Positions 1 to 8,890 of a stretch of 64,000 nucleotides of DNA are shown in pieces (position 1 is the stretch's first letter; each line of letters starts with the position of its first letter). The stretch comes from an uncultured delta proteobacterium. Its GTDB lineage: Bacteria; Desulfobacterota; BSN033; UBA1163. Below the pieces are notes generated by a model. The model was not told the DNA's origin, searched no databases, and saw nothing but the letters and a program-made list of their open reading frames with translations. The translations under genes were made by a program, and so were the position numbers. Location: assembly GCA_963708295.1 (NCBI GenBank), contig CAVPSJ010000007.1, forward strand, positions 128,001 to 192,000. Reading direction: 5' to 3'.

Positions 1-1
1 G

Positions 2-406
2 GAATGCAAAATCAAAGTTAAGATTGGAGAAGATTTGGAAGAAATACGACCTGGAGTGGCATACATCGCTCCGGACAACGTTCAAATGAGGGTTGAAGAA
101 GGTGGAAGAATTCGACTTTCCAGCGAACCAGCCTATGGAGGCCACAGGCCCTCGGGTGATGTGTTGTTGGAGTCTGTAGCCAGAATCTACGGAAAAGGAG
201 GTGTGGCCGCACTCCTCACCGGCATGGGCAGAGATGGAGCGATGGGGATGAAGGCTATAAAACAACTCCGCGGTAAAACCATCGCCCAAAACGAAAAAAG
301 TTGTGTCGTTTTTGGCATGCCAAATGCGGCCATAGAAATGAATGCCGCGGATAAAGTATTACCCTTGGAAAGCATCGCAGAAGAGATCGTTGGAATGGTG
401 AGATAA
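2..406 (+). CDS. cheB: Chemotaxis methylesterase CheB, C-terminal part (5' end outside window)
   Basis: Frame is open from base 2. CheB motifs HRPSGD, LLTGMGRDGA and SCVVFGMPNAAI; directly upstream of cheW and cheR. Confidence 0.9.
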   Translation, partial: ECKIKVKIGEDLEEIRPGVAYIAPDNVQMRVEEGGRIRLSSEPAYGGHRPSGDVLLESVARIYGKGGVAALLTGMGRDGAMGMKAIKQLRGKTIAQNEKSCVVFGMPNAAIEMNAADKVLPLESIAEEIVGMVR

Positions 407-408
407 GC

Positions 409-933
409 ATGCGGTCATGCCTCCCAAGAGGACAGGGCGTTGAGGGCGAGATGCGGAAGGGAAGCCCCGAGAAAAAAGAGGAGAAGCAGATACTGATCTT
501 TACCTTGGCGAGCGAGGAATTGGGGCTGGATATTTCTTGTGTGCGTGAAGTACTGAGGCCACAGAAGACTTACCCTCTTCCCCGGACTCCTCTTTTTATT
601 GAGGGAGTCATTGATTTGAGGGGATATATCATTGCGTTAATCGATTTGAGAAATAGACTTATTGGAAAACCGATGGAGAAGGAACCCAACCAAAGGATCA
701 TCGTTTGCAGAATCCACAATTTTATCGTCGGCCTGACGGTCAACAGCTTGAAGGAGATCATCACTTTATCCAAAGACGACATTATGCCTACGCCGGAGGT
801 CGTGGCAATGCAGATGGAGGCAGAGGTCATATCGGGGATCGCAAGGGTTGGCGAAAGAATTGTCCCCATTTTGGATCTGGAGCACATCCTGACAAGAAAA
901 GAAGTCGCCGAGCTGTCGGCTCTTAAACAATGA
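409..933 (+). CDS. cheW: Chemotaxis coupling protein CheW (start may be ATG 451)
   Basis: CheW-like segments LGLDISCVREV, LPRTPLFIEGVIDLRG and IVPILDL; lies between cheB and cheR. Confidence 0.9.
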   Translation: MRSCLPRGQGVEGEMRKGSPEKKEEKQILIFTLASEELGLDISCVREVLRPQKTYPLPRTPLFIEGVIDLRGYIIALIDLRNRLIGKPMEKEPNQRIIVCRIHNFIVGLTVNSLKEIITLSKDDIMPTPEVVAMQMEAEVISGIARVGERIVPILDLEHILTRKEVAELSALKQ

Positions 934-2606
934 AAAATATCTTACCCCTATCCAGCGACGATTTCTGTCTTTTTCAAGAACTGCTCATAGAAATGAGCGG
1001 CCTCTTCTTTGAAGAAAGCAGGAACCAGTCCTTGCATCTAGCCCTTTGGCAGCGCTTACAACGTCGAGGCTATGATTCCTACCGGGAATATTATAACCTT
1101 CTGAAATTCCATCCGGAGGGGCGTCTTGAGATACGAGAACTGCTCGATTTGATCACCATCGGCGAGACTTATTTCTTCAGAAACAAGGCTCAGTTTGACG
1201 TGCTGGCGAAATTTGTTTTGCCTGAAATCATGCAGAGGAAAGTGGATTCAAGGGATAAGTGGTTGCGCGTGTGGTCAGCAGGCTGCTCTGGGGGAGATGA
1301 GACCTATTCAATTGCCATGGCAATGATGGAAGTCGTCCCTTCTCACGAAGACTGGCATATCTCCATTTTGGGCACGGACATAAACAGAAATGTGCTCACT
1401 TCCGCGAAGGAAGCCATGTACAACGAAAAGCACATCGGCCATTTGCCAAAAGAATACGTGGCCAAGTACTTCACGATCCGGGGAACCACCTACGCACTGA
1501 ACTCGAACGTCAGAGAGTTGTCTTGCTTTGAATATCATAACCTGGCCAAGGATCCATTCATCCATGAAAAGATGCAAAATACAGACATTATTTTCTGCAG
1601 AAATGTCATGATATACTTTGATAGCCAGACCACTCAGAGGGTCATTGACAATTTTTACAACTGCCTTGCGCACGACGGCTATCTTTTCCTGGGACATGCA
1701 GAGACTCTGTGGCAGATTACCAACAAGTTCGAGAGAGTTGAGTTTCCTCAGACATTCATCTATAAGAAGCGGTTAGCCCCGTTTGAGGAAGACACGACGA
1801 AGCCCTTTATCGCCGTGCCCGAGATCGCCGTCGGGGACTTTGCCCCTTCGGCAGCGCCAATTCCCGCCTCGTACCAGGTCGATTCAGGGTCTTTATTTGA
1901 AGCCCAAGGAAACCATCGGGGCTCAGGTCCAGCTTGGAGCGAACCTCCGGCCGCAGATTGGGGAGCCGAGGGGGTAAGTTTCATTCAAAAAAATGGCTTA
2001 GCGAAAAGCTCTTTTTGTCAGGAGCAAGGGGTTGGGCTCCAGGAAAAACCCAAGCCCCTCGATCTTCTTCGGAGACCTTGTGACGTTAAAGAAGAAGTTG
2101 ATTCGCCATATCACGGAGCGACCCTCGGTTTGAAAGAAATGAACGGCGAGATTGCCCTCCCCTCTTCCGATCCGTTTGATAAACAGCGAACAAACTATAT
2201 GCGTGCTTATTTGACGAAGGCGACCGTTTTGGCAAATGAGGCTAAATACAAAGAAGCGACGGATATCCTTGGAAAAATCCTAGAGCTCGATAACCTGAGT
2301 GTCGAGGCGTATTATCTTCTGGGTGTTTTATCATACAAAAACAGTAATCTTGCCGAAGCCGAGACACAATTCAGAAAGGTGATTTATGTGGACCCTGATT
2401 CCGTGATTGCTTATTTTAACCTTGGAAACATGTATCTATACCAGAGAAAGTTTAGCGAAGCTGCCAGGGAATTTAGAAACGCCATCCGCCTGTTGGAAAA
2501 GAGGCCGAAAGACGAACAAGTCAGGTTTTGCGAGGACTTCACAGTGGAGTTTCTCCTACGGGCGTGTCGGAAGAGTCTTGTAGAGATCTCCAAGAGAGGT
2601 GAATGA
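930..2606 (+). CDS. cheR: CheR-type methyltransferase with long linker and C-terminal TPR repeats
   Basis: TIGETYFFR, RVWSAGCSGGDE, ILGTDIN, HNL, DIIFCRNVMIYF and GYLFLGHAE motifs. TPR helices AYYLLG and AYFNLGNMY near the C-terminus. Confidence 0.9.
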   Translation: MKNILPLSSDDFCLFQELLIEMSGLFFEESRNQSLHLALWQRLQRRGYDSYREYYNLLKFHPEGRLEIRELLDLITIGETYFFRNKAQFDVLAKFVLPEIMQRKVDSRDKWLRVWSAGCSGGDETYSIAMAMMEVVPSHEDWHISILGTDINRNVLTSAKEAMYNEKHIGHLPKEYVAKYFTIRGTTYALNSNVRELSCFEYHNLAKDPFIHEKMQNTDIIFCRNVMIYFDSQTTQRVIDNFYNCLAHDGYLFLGHAETLWQITNKFERVEFPQTFIYKKRLAPFEEDTTKPFIAVPEIAVGDFAPSAAPIPASYQVDSGSLFEAQGNHRGSGPAWSEPPAADWGAEGVSFIQKNGLAKSSFCQEQGVGLQEKPKPLDLLRRPCDVKEEVDSPYHGATLGLKEMNGEIALPSSDPFDKQRTNYMRAYLTKATVLANEAKYKEATDILGKILELDNLSVEAYYLLGVLSYKNSNLAEAETQFRKVIYVDPDSVIAYFNLGNMYLYQRKFSEAAREFRNAIRLLEKRPKDEQVRFCEDFTVEFLLRACRKSLVEISKRGE

Positions 2607-3585
2607 TATGAACGGACAGGAAAAATTCGAAGCCTATCTTTCGTCTGTCAGGCACGACCTGCGCAGCCAACTCATGGTCGTCCGCGAAGGGGCGAGCATG
2701 ATTTTAGACGGCCTGGGAGACTCCCATTGCGATAAATGCTTCTCCTTTTTGAGACCCGCCTTAGAATCCGCAGACGAATTAAATAAACTGATTGGGGAAC
2801 TCCTGAGCAGCTCTCGGTTCAATGCAATGTTACCATTGCCCACTTCCGCAAAAGAGGACAGACCGAAGAAGGCTAAGGAGGAACCTCCGGAAAATGAGCT
2901 CGAAATCATGAAAGATGAGCTAAGAAATGAGTTGGAGATTATCAAGGATGACCTGATGGGAATGATATCCCATGTCGTTCGCACCCCATTGACCGTCGTT
3001 AAGGAAAGCCTGTCCTTGATGCTGGAGGAAATACCGGGAAAACTGAATGCCAAGCAAAAGGAATTGCTTTCTACGGGAAAAGAGAACGTAGATGAATTGA
3101 TCCAATCGGTCGAGGAGATATTTGAGAAGTCCTGGAACGAAATAGTCCATCCCGCCCAGAACTGTGTCCCTACCAAAAAAGCAACACCCCAGAAAGAAAC
3201 CTTAACGGCGAGAAAAAAGATACTCATCGTAGAAGACCAACCACCTATTGTCAACATGCTCAAGATGAGACTGGAAGCCCATAATTACGAAGTCATCACC
3301 GCAGGCGACGGACAGGAGGGTTTGGAGAGAGCCCAAAAGGAAAACCCAAACTTGATTATCTTAGACGTCATGCTTCCTAAATTGAGCGGTTATAAGATCT
3401 GCCAATTTCTCAAGTCCGATCCGAAGTATAACGCGATTCCCATCATCATTTCCTCTGGAAGAACACCGCAAGAAATCAAAAAGGTGAGCCAGGAAGTGGG
3501 TGCGGACGCATTCGTCTCTAAACCGTTCGAAGCGGAGGTACTGCTCGCAAAAATGAAGGAACTTTTAGAGAAGAAGGGAAAATAG
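2599..3585 (+). CDS. Response regulator with two HisKA-like H-box segments and a C-terminal receiver, no kinase ATPase domain
   Basis: H-box-like SVRHDLRSQL and ISHVVRTPL. Receiver motifs ILIVED, IILDVMLP and SKPF. No N/G1/F/G2 boxes seen. Confidence 0.75.
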   Translation: MNDMNGQEKFEAYLSSVRHDLRSQLMVVREGASMILDGLGDSHCDKCFSFLRPALESADELNKLIGELLSSSRFNAMLPLPTSAKEDRPKKAKEEPPENELEIMKDELRNELEIIKDDLMGMISHVVRTPLTVVKESLSLMLEEIPGKLNAKQKELLSTGKENVDELIQSVEEIFEKSWNEIVHPAQNCVPTKKATPQKETLTARKKILIVEDQPPIVNMLKMRLEAHNYEVITAGDGQEGLERAQKENPNLIILDVMLPKLSGYKICQFLKSDPKYNAIPIIISSGRTPQEIKKVSQEVGADAFVSKPFEAEVLLAKMKELLEKKGK

Positions 3586-3749
3586 CCTTTCCGCGCAGTG
3601 GAGGGTAAAGGAGTTGCATGAGCATACAGGGCGTTGGGATCGGCGAGGTAAGTGATGTTTGTCTCGATCGCCCTCAAGCTGAAAATGCCCGATTCTCATC
3701 CGTGATGAATTAGAGAAGAGGGAGAAACGTGTTTATAACGGCAAAAAAG

Positions 3750-4508
3750 ATGGCGAAAAAAAAGATCCTGGTGATCGACGACATGCCAAATATCGTTACC
3801 ATGGTAAAAGCCCGCCTGGAAGCGAGCGGGTACGAGGTCATTGCTGCCCTGGATGGACAGCAAGGCTTGAACTATGCCTCTTCGGAGAAACCGGATCTGA
3901 TCATACTGGATATCGTCATGCCCGCCGGCGGGGGTTATTCCGTCTATACGAGATTAAAGATGTCTCCCAAAACCCAGTCTGTCCCGGTCATTTTCCTTAC
4001 TGCGAAGGATAGACCGGAGGATGTGGCAAGGGCTTATAATTTAGGTGCGCAATATTATGTTAAGAAACCCTATAAGCCAGAAATGTTACTGGACACGGTC
4101 AAGAAAGTATTAGAATCATCCGCACGGCCGGAACAGGCCAAAGGATTGCAGAAGCGAATACTGGTCGTAGGGAAAGAGCCGGAGATTGCCGAGTTCGTGA
4201 AATTAGTCGACATGGGCTACGAAGTGAGCATCGTATCAAGCATCAGAGAGGGAGCCGAGGAGGCCAAGAAGGAAGAACCCGACGCCATCTTTCTGGATGG
4301 ATCGCTCGTCAAAGCCAATGACTATGACGGCTTTTACCAGCTCAAGCTGGAATTTGCCTCGATTAAAGCACCCATGATTATATCTGTCACCCGGGGAGAA
4401 TTGGAGGAATTTCAAAAGAAGATCGGCAGTTTCAGTAGTTATTGCTTGAAGCCGTTTAATTACATTGATCTATTAGGGCTCATCCGGGTGGCTTTACAAA
4501 AAAAATGA
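3750..4508 (+). CDS. Tandem receiver-domain protein (canonical REC plus degenerate REC)
   Basis: First REC has ILVIDD, ILDIVMP, FLTA and KKPY. Second has ILVVGKE, IFLDG and LKPF. ORF track start is GTG 3729; ATG 3750 is the alternative used here. Confidence 0.8.
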   Translation: MAKKKILVIDDMPNIVTMVKARLEASGYEVIAALDGQQGLNYASSEKPDLIILDIVMPAGGGYSVYTRLKMSPKTQSVPVIFLTAKDRPEDVARAYNLGAQYYVKKPYKPEMLLDTVKKVLESSARPEQAKGLQKRILVVGKEPEIAEFVKLVDMGYEVSIVSSIREGAEEAKKEEPDAIFLDGSLVKANDYDGFYQLKLEFASIKAPMIISVTRGELEEFQKKIGSFSSYCLKPFNYIDLLGLIRVALQKK

Positions 4509-4798
4509 ACGGTTCGGTCCAACTCCCGAGCGGAGAGAGCCATGAACTGGAGTGCACTTCATACCCCAGGGATCGGCGACTCGACTCACTCTTTGCGAGA
4601 AGTTGCGTGACGAAAGAATGCCATCGCGATGGGATGCAGGATCGGGAGAAGCCTTCGAGCAAAGGAACGGAAGAAGCCGATGCAGGGACCGCGTCAAAGG
4701 ACCGAGTGGGCATCGCGTTTTCTTGCCTATCCTGTCGGTTTGCCCACGACTCGGAATCACACGGGTGAGGAAAATAGCATAGGAAGATCAAACGGCTT

Positions 4799-7579
4799 AT
4801 GGACCCATTGAAACACACCCGGCCACCTCTTCAAGGAAAGGCAGACGAATACCTCCAGCTGTCAGACGGTGGAGCGACTTGGTACCGCCTCGACCTTCAT
4901 CTGCACAGCCCCGGCGTCCTGACCTTTATGCCCCCGAAAGGGAGGAAGCGTGAAGACGGAATAGGTCTCTCGGACGTCTATATTGAGCAACTCTCAACTC
5001 AAGGAATTTCCCTGGCTGCCATCACGGACTACAATGGAGTAAACATCGAATGGTTTGAAGTGACGGCAGCGAAGGCGAGTAACCGTGGCATCACACTTTT
5101 GCCCGGGGTGGAGATGACCTTCAGACAATACAAATATGGCCTCCACATATTGGCGATCTTCGCCGGCGATACCGACCTGAATCGCTTGAACACTTATCTT
5201 CGGTCGCTCGATAAAGACCCCACCACCCCTTTGTTTGACAACCTTGGGTCTCATCGGGACATTGATCTGAAAACCAGCTTGACAGAAACCCTGAAAGACT
5301 TGCGGAGCCAGTTCAACTGCCTGTTGATCCTCCCCCATCCTGATCAGACAAATGGCATTTGTAAAAGTCTCACCGCCGAAGTGGCCGCCAAACTTCTGAT
5401 GGAGATAGGACCCGATGCCATCGAATATTGTCCGGAAAAAGAAAAAAGCAAACTTCAGTCGACGGGCATTCTGCCGGCAGACTTCTGGGATCAGGTCGCT
5501 TCCGTGGAATTCTCCAACCCGAAACGGATAGAAGAGATTGGGACACAACACCGAACGAATGGAACCCTTCGGGCGACCTACCTGAAACTCAGCGCAACAA
5601 ACTTGGACGCCCTGCGGCTAGCGCTTCACACTCCGCAGACCCGTTTGTCCGTCGGTGGGATTCCTCCTGCGAATCACCCAAGAATCAGAAGTGTTGCCGT
5701 CTCAGGGTCCGGTTTCCTTGGAAATCTGAATATATCTTGGAACCCGGATCTCAATGTCATTATCGGAGGCAAGGGTGTGGGTAAATCCGCCATTCTCGAA
5801 GCCCTCCGCTATGCGTTTGCCATGCCCCCCTATTCCGATCAATCTTCCCGCAAAGAACTCGTTGGGAGATCTCTCGGAAGTGACGGCAGGGTTGAGGTCA
5901 TCCTGGACAGGCCTATCCGGGAAGGAAAAATCCGTCAGTATCGCATCGTCCGAGCATGGGGCGAAGAACCTCAAACCTTTCAAGTTAACCCTGAAAAACC
6001 ACTCAAGGCAAGCCCTTCTGATCTCCTGACTCCAGATGGCGGGCTAACGGTCTTCGGACAACACGAGATGAATGCCGTTTCTGGAAGCCAAGACCAACGA
6101 CTTGCGTTCCTGGATGAATTGCTGGGTGAGCAGGCTCGCAAATGCGCGGACGCTGTTGATAAGGCCATGGAATCAGTCACCCATAACGCCGCTGCGATCC
6201 AGGATCTCCAGGCACGGCTGACGAGACGGGATGAATATTCCCGACGGCTTAAAGAAATCGACCATGAGATCGAAACCCTTAAAGACCACGGCCCAGAAAG
6301 GCCGGAGGAAGGGGCCGGTTCTCCCTCCATGGCAGGATGCTTGAAGAATGCGACCAATGCCCTCAGAAGTGCTTCATCGGATTGTGATCAATGGCGCCTG
6401 AACCTTCTTGCATTACTGGAAAAGACTCACCGAACCCTATCAGAGGTGGAGGACAAACCGTCACCCATCCTGCAAGAGGCTGCCAAAGTTCTCTCTGTTC
6501 TTGAGGAAAGTTTGAAGGTGGTCCTAGACGATCAAACAACCCTTTTTGAACAAGCGATACAAAGTTTGGCGCGTCTGGATATGCGGCTACAAGAAAAACT
6601 TCGCGCGTCGGGTGCAGGAGCCAACAAAATTGAAAAGAGCGCAAAAACAGAACCTCCAGGTCAAGACCGAATCTTAAAGTTAACGCAGGAAAGAACCTCC
6701 CTGTCATCCCTTTTCGCTGAGTTCAGCGGGATCGAAGATCGCTTGAAAGCCCTGACACAAGAACGGCGAGGGCTTCTTCAGCAGTTCAGGGACTGCAGAT
6801 CCAAGCAGAATGGATTACGGAAAGAGATAACAGATATTATTGCAGAATCCCTGAACGGTCGAGTCCGTCTCCGGGTAGAATTTAAGGGACAAAAGGATGG
6901 TTACAAAGGGGAGTTATCGCGTGTCTTAAAAGGATCAAACATCGCTCAGGGGGTAATCGATCAGCTTGTTCTCCCAGAAGCCACAGACGGTATTACCCTC
7001 GCCGAAGCCGTGCGAGCAGGAAGCAAGGAAGTCCAAACCGTTTTTGCCCTGACCTCTGAGATGGCGGACCGCTTGATCCATTGGCTGACCGCTGGGGAAT
7101 CTCGGCTCCTCCAACTGGAGGCATTCATCCCTCAGGATGCCCTTCGTCTGGAAATGAAGATTGACGGCCAATATCGGTCTCTTGAACATCTGTCCACAAG
7201 CCGGGGGGCCATAGAGATATTGCTTCTTCTGCTCGGCCTAAAGAGTCAGATTCTCGTCGTTGACCAACCGGAGGACTACCTCGACGACCGATCCATCCAT
7301 GAAGAGATTCTACAGATTCTTAGGGAGCAAAAAGGGTTGAATGGCCAAAGCCCGCAGCATCAGATCATCTTTGCAACAAATGACGCCACCATTCCCCTGA
7401 TGGGCGATGCCGAACTCGTAATTCCTTTGGAGGTCAGAAGCGATCGTGCCCATATCATCAGCCAGGCCTCCAACGACGATCGCTCCATGCAGGAGGTCAT
7501 CAGGACCCTCATGAAGGGCGGGAAAGAGGCGCTTCAAAAGCGCGTGAAGAAATACGGCGGATTAACTCCTGGCGCATAA
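4799..7579 (+). CDS. PHP-domain + ABC/SMC-like ATPase (Ppl/TrlF-like), catalytic motifs partly degenerate
   Basis: PHP motifs DLHLHSP, AITDYN, PGVE, LHIL and LPHP. Walker A GGKGVGKS, long coiled-coil region, Walker B/D-loop VVDQPEDYLDD. Confidence 0.8.
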   Translation: MDPLKHTRPPLQGKADEYLQLSDGGATWYRLDLHLHSPGVLTFMPPKGRKREDGIGLSDVYIEQLSTQGISLAAITDYNGVNIEWFEVTAAKASNRGITLLPGVEMTFRQYKYGLHILAIFAGDTDLNRLNTYLRSLDKDPTTPLFDNLGSHRDIDLKTSLTETLKDLRSQFNCLLILPHPDQTNGICKSLTAEVAAKLLMEIGPDAIEYCPEKEKSKLQSTGILPADFWDQVASVEFSNPKRIEEIGTQHRTNGTLRATYLKLSATNLDALRLALHTPQTRLSVGGIPPANHPRIRSVAVSGSGFLGNLNISWNPDLNVIIGGKGVGKSAILEALRYAFAMPPYSDQSSRKELVGRSLGSDGRVEVILDRPIREGKIRQYRIVRAWGEEPQTFQVNPEKPLKASPSDLLTPDGGLTVFGQHEMNAVSGSQDQRLAFLDELLGEQARKCADAVDKAMESVTHNAAAIQDLQARLTRRDEYSRRLKEIDHEIETLKDHGPERPEEGAGSPSMAGCLKNATNALRSASSDCDQWRLNLLALLEKTHRTLSEVEDKPSPILQEAAKVLSVLEESLKVVLDDQTTLFEQAIQSLARLDMRLQEKLRASGAGANKIEKSAKTEPPGQDRILKLTQERTSLSSLFAEFSGIEDRLKALTQERRGLLQQFRDCRSKQNGLRKEITDIIAESLNGRVRLRVEFKGQKDGYKGELSRVLKGSNIAQGVIDQLVLPEATDGITLAEAVRAGSKEVQTVFALTSEMADRLIHWLTAGESRLLQLEAFIPQDALRLEMKIDGQYRSLEHLSTSRGAIEILLLLLGLKSQILVVDQPEDYLDDRSIHEEILQILREQKGLNGQSPQHQIIFATNDATIPLMGDAELVIPLEVRSDRAHIISQASNDDRSMQEVIRTLMKGGKEALQKRVKKYGGLTPGA

Positions 7580-7816
7580 GATCAGATGGCCTCCGACCCA
7601 ATCTTCTTGCTGATCGAGCCGAACAAGCATTTGTGAAATTCCCTACCCTCCCCATTCTGCTGCGGTAAGAGATGGGCGCTCAGATCGATCATGATAGATC
7701 CTTTGCTCAAAGCCAGCTTGATGCCTTTCTAAACACTAATTCAGATTACTGTTCAGCCTCTGGGACCGATGTCCAATGCCGGCCCACGACGTGGGGAGTT
7801 AAGAAATGCGAATGGG

Positions 7817-7923
7817 TGACACAAATTGACCCTTTAATCTTTCTCCGGGCACTTCGATGTTGAGAATAATTAAATTATTTCAAGTAGTTATATCGATTTT
7901 TTTGATTTGGCATCAAAGATGCA
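7817..7923 (+). promoter_or_regulatory. Putative sigma54 promoter with IHF-like site and candidate upstream activator site
   Basis: TTGGCATCAAAGATGCA (7907-7923) has GG-N10-GC spacing. TTTCAAGTAGTTA (7878-7890) is one mismatch from IHF WATCAANNNNTTR. TGACACAAATTGACC lies at 7817-7831. Confidence 0.65.
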
Positions 7924-7964
7924 ATTTCTTCTTATCAAAGAGAATAGGTTAAAGGAGGTTATTT

Positions 7965-8132
7965 ATGGTCCAATATTTAGAGCTTGTTTTGAAGCGCGAT
8001 TTTGCTTCTCGGTTCAGACACGCGGCGGAAAAAGTGAGGCTGCTTCTCGAAAAAACACCCGATGAGGCTCCCAAAAAGAAGACTGAAGAACCGGATTGGA
8101 AAGAGAAGTTTGGAAAGAACTGGTACTATTGA
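7965..8132 (+). CDS. Small hypothetical protein, 55 aa (MVQYLELVLKRDFASRFRHAAEKVRLLLEKTPDEAPKKKTEEPDWKEKFGKNWYY); absent from ORF track
   Basis: Translated by hand. Strong RBS AAAGGAGG just upstream of ATG 7965; clear similarity to the downstream 65-aa ORF. Confidence 0.75.
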   Translation: MVQYLELVLKRDFASRFRHAAEKVRLLLEKTPDEAPKKKTEEPDWKEKFGKNWYY

Positions 8133-8233
8133 ATTCATAGACGTAATCCAATTAACGACGCTTCTTCAATTTGGCGTTAAAGGTGGATTCAGTGCCACCC
8201 GAATGCAGACAGGTTCGATGAAAGGAGGATATT

Positions 8234-8431
8234 ATGGCACAGTATTTAGAGAATGTTTTGAAGTACGATCGTGTCTCCGGACGGAAATCTGGGTTGGAAA
8301 GATTGAGGATGTTCTTTAACGCTGCACCTGGCGTGCGTTCAAAAGAGAAGGCCGACGGGGTGGATTGTGATGAGAAGACGAAGTCGTGGGAAGAAGATAT
8401 GAAAGAGAAGCTTGGGGGATGGTGGTGGTAG
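8234..8431 (+). CDS. Small hypothetical protein, 65 aa, paralog of 7965-8132
   Basis: RBS AAAGGAGG. N-terminus MAQYLENVLKYD matches MVQYLELVLKRD; C-terminus DMKEKLGGWWW matches DWKEKFGKNWYY. Confidence 0.75.
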   Translation: MAQYLENVLKYDRVSGRKSGLERLRMFFNAAPGVRSKEKADGVDCDEKTKSWEEDMKEKLGGWWW

Positions 8432-8531
8432 TAAAGTCTTGACTCCTACACCTTGTTGCGTTTGAAATGTTCTGCAAGGTCCGATGTCCAGCCGTCCGGC
8501 TAGATTGTCATGTGGCCCACCAAAAGGTCTC

Positions 8532-8572
8532 TACGATTCAGGCACCTTTAGTGTCTGAATCGTAAGTTTTTC
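8532..8572 (+). terminator. Intrinsic terminator-like hairpin between the small-protein pair and convergent moaD
   Basis: TACGATTCAGGCAC-CTTTA-GTGTCTGAATCGTA followed by AGTTTTT. Confidence 0.65.
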
Positions 8573-8614
8573 CTGAAAAAATATTGACACCCTGCTTCCA
8601 TCTATATAATCCTC

Positions 8615-8887
8615 TCATCCTCCAGTGAGCATGACCACGAGGTGAATGTCGTCGCCATCTTTAACTGGTTTCAACAGTTCGTCCGGGTAGGCGCTGGCAT
8701 GATTCAGGTAGACTTCAACGTTGTTGAGCAGTTTATCTTTCTTGGCAAACAGCGCTTTCTCCATTCCGGGGAACTGTTTGATGAGATGGCTCAGGCATGC
8801 ACCCACGGTATTCCCCTCTACGGCCACCGACTCCAAGCCGTTGGTGAATTGTCGATGGGTGGTATGAATGTGCACGTTGACGGCCAT
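8615..8887 (-). CDS. MoaD/ThiS-family sulfur carrier protein
   Basis: 90-aa beta-grasp-like sequence ending in TGG (diglycine); immediately downstream of a MoeB/ThiF gene. Confidence 0.85.
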   Translation of the reverse strand: MAVNVHIHTTHRQFTNGLESVAVEGNTVGACLSHLIKQFPGMEKALFAKKDKLLNNVEVYLNHASAYPDELLKPVKDGDDIHLVVMLTGG

Positions 8888-8890
8888 GTC

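Noticed and set aside
4505-4811. Short overlapping ORFs between the REC-REC gene and the PHP-ATPase
   Set aside because: Several competing frames, no clear RBS or recognisable motif.
8130-8180. Selenocysteine readthrough of the first microprotein's TGA
   Set aside because: The paralog ends at the equivalent aromatic triplet with TAG, and no convincing SECIS follows.
7672-8319. ORF-track ORFs 7672-7863 and 8062-8319
   Set aside because: The first overlaps the promoter region; the second is an alternative frame across the two RBS-supported microproteins.
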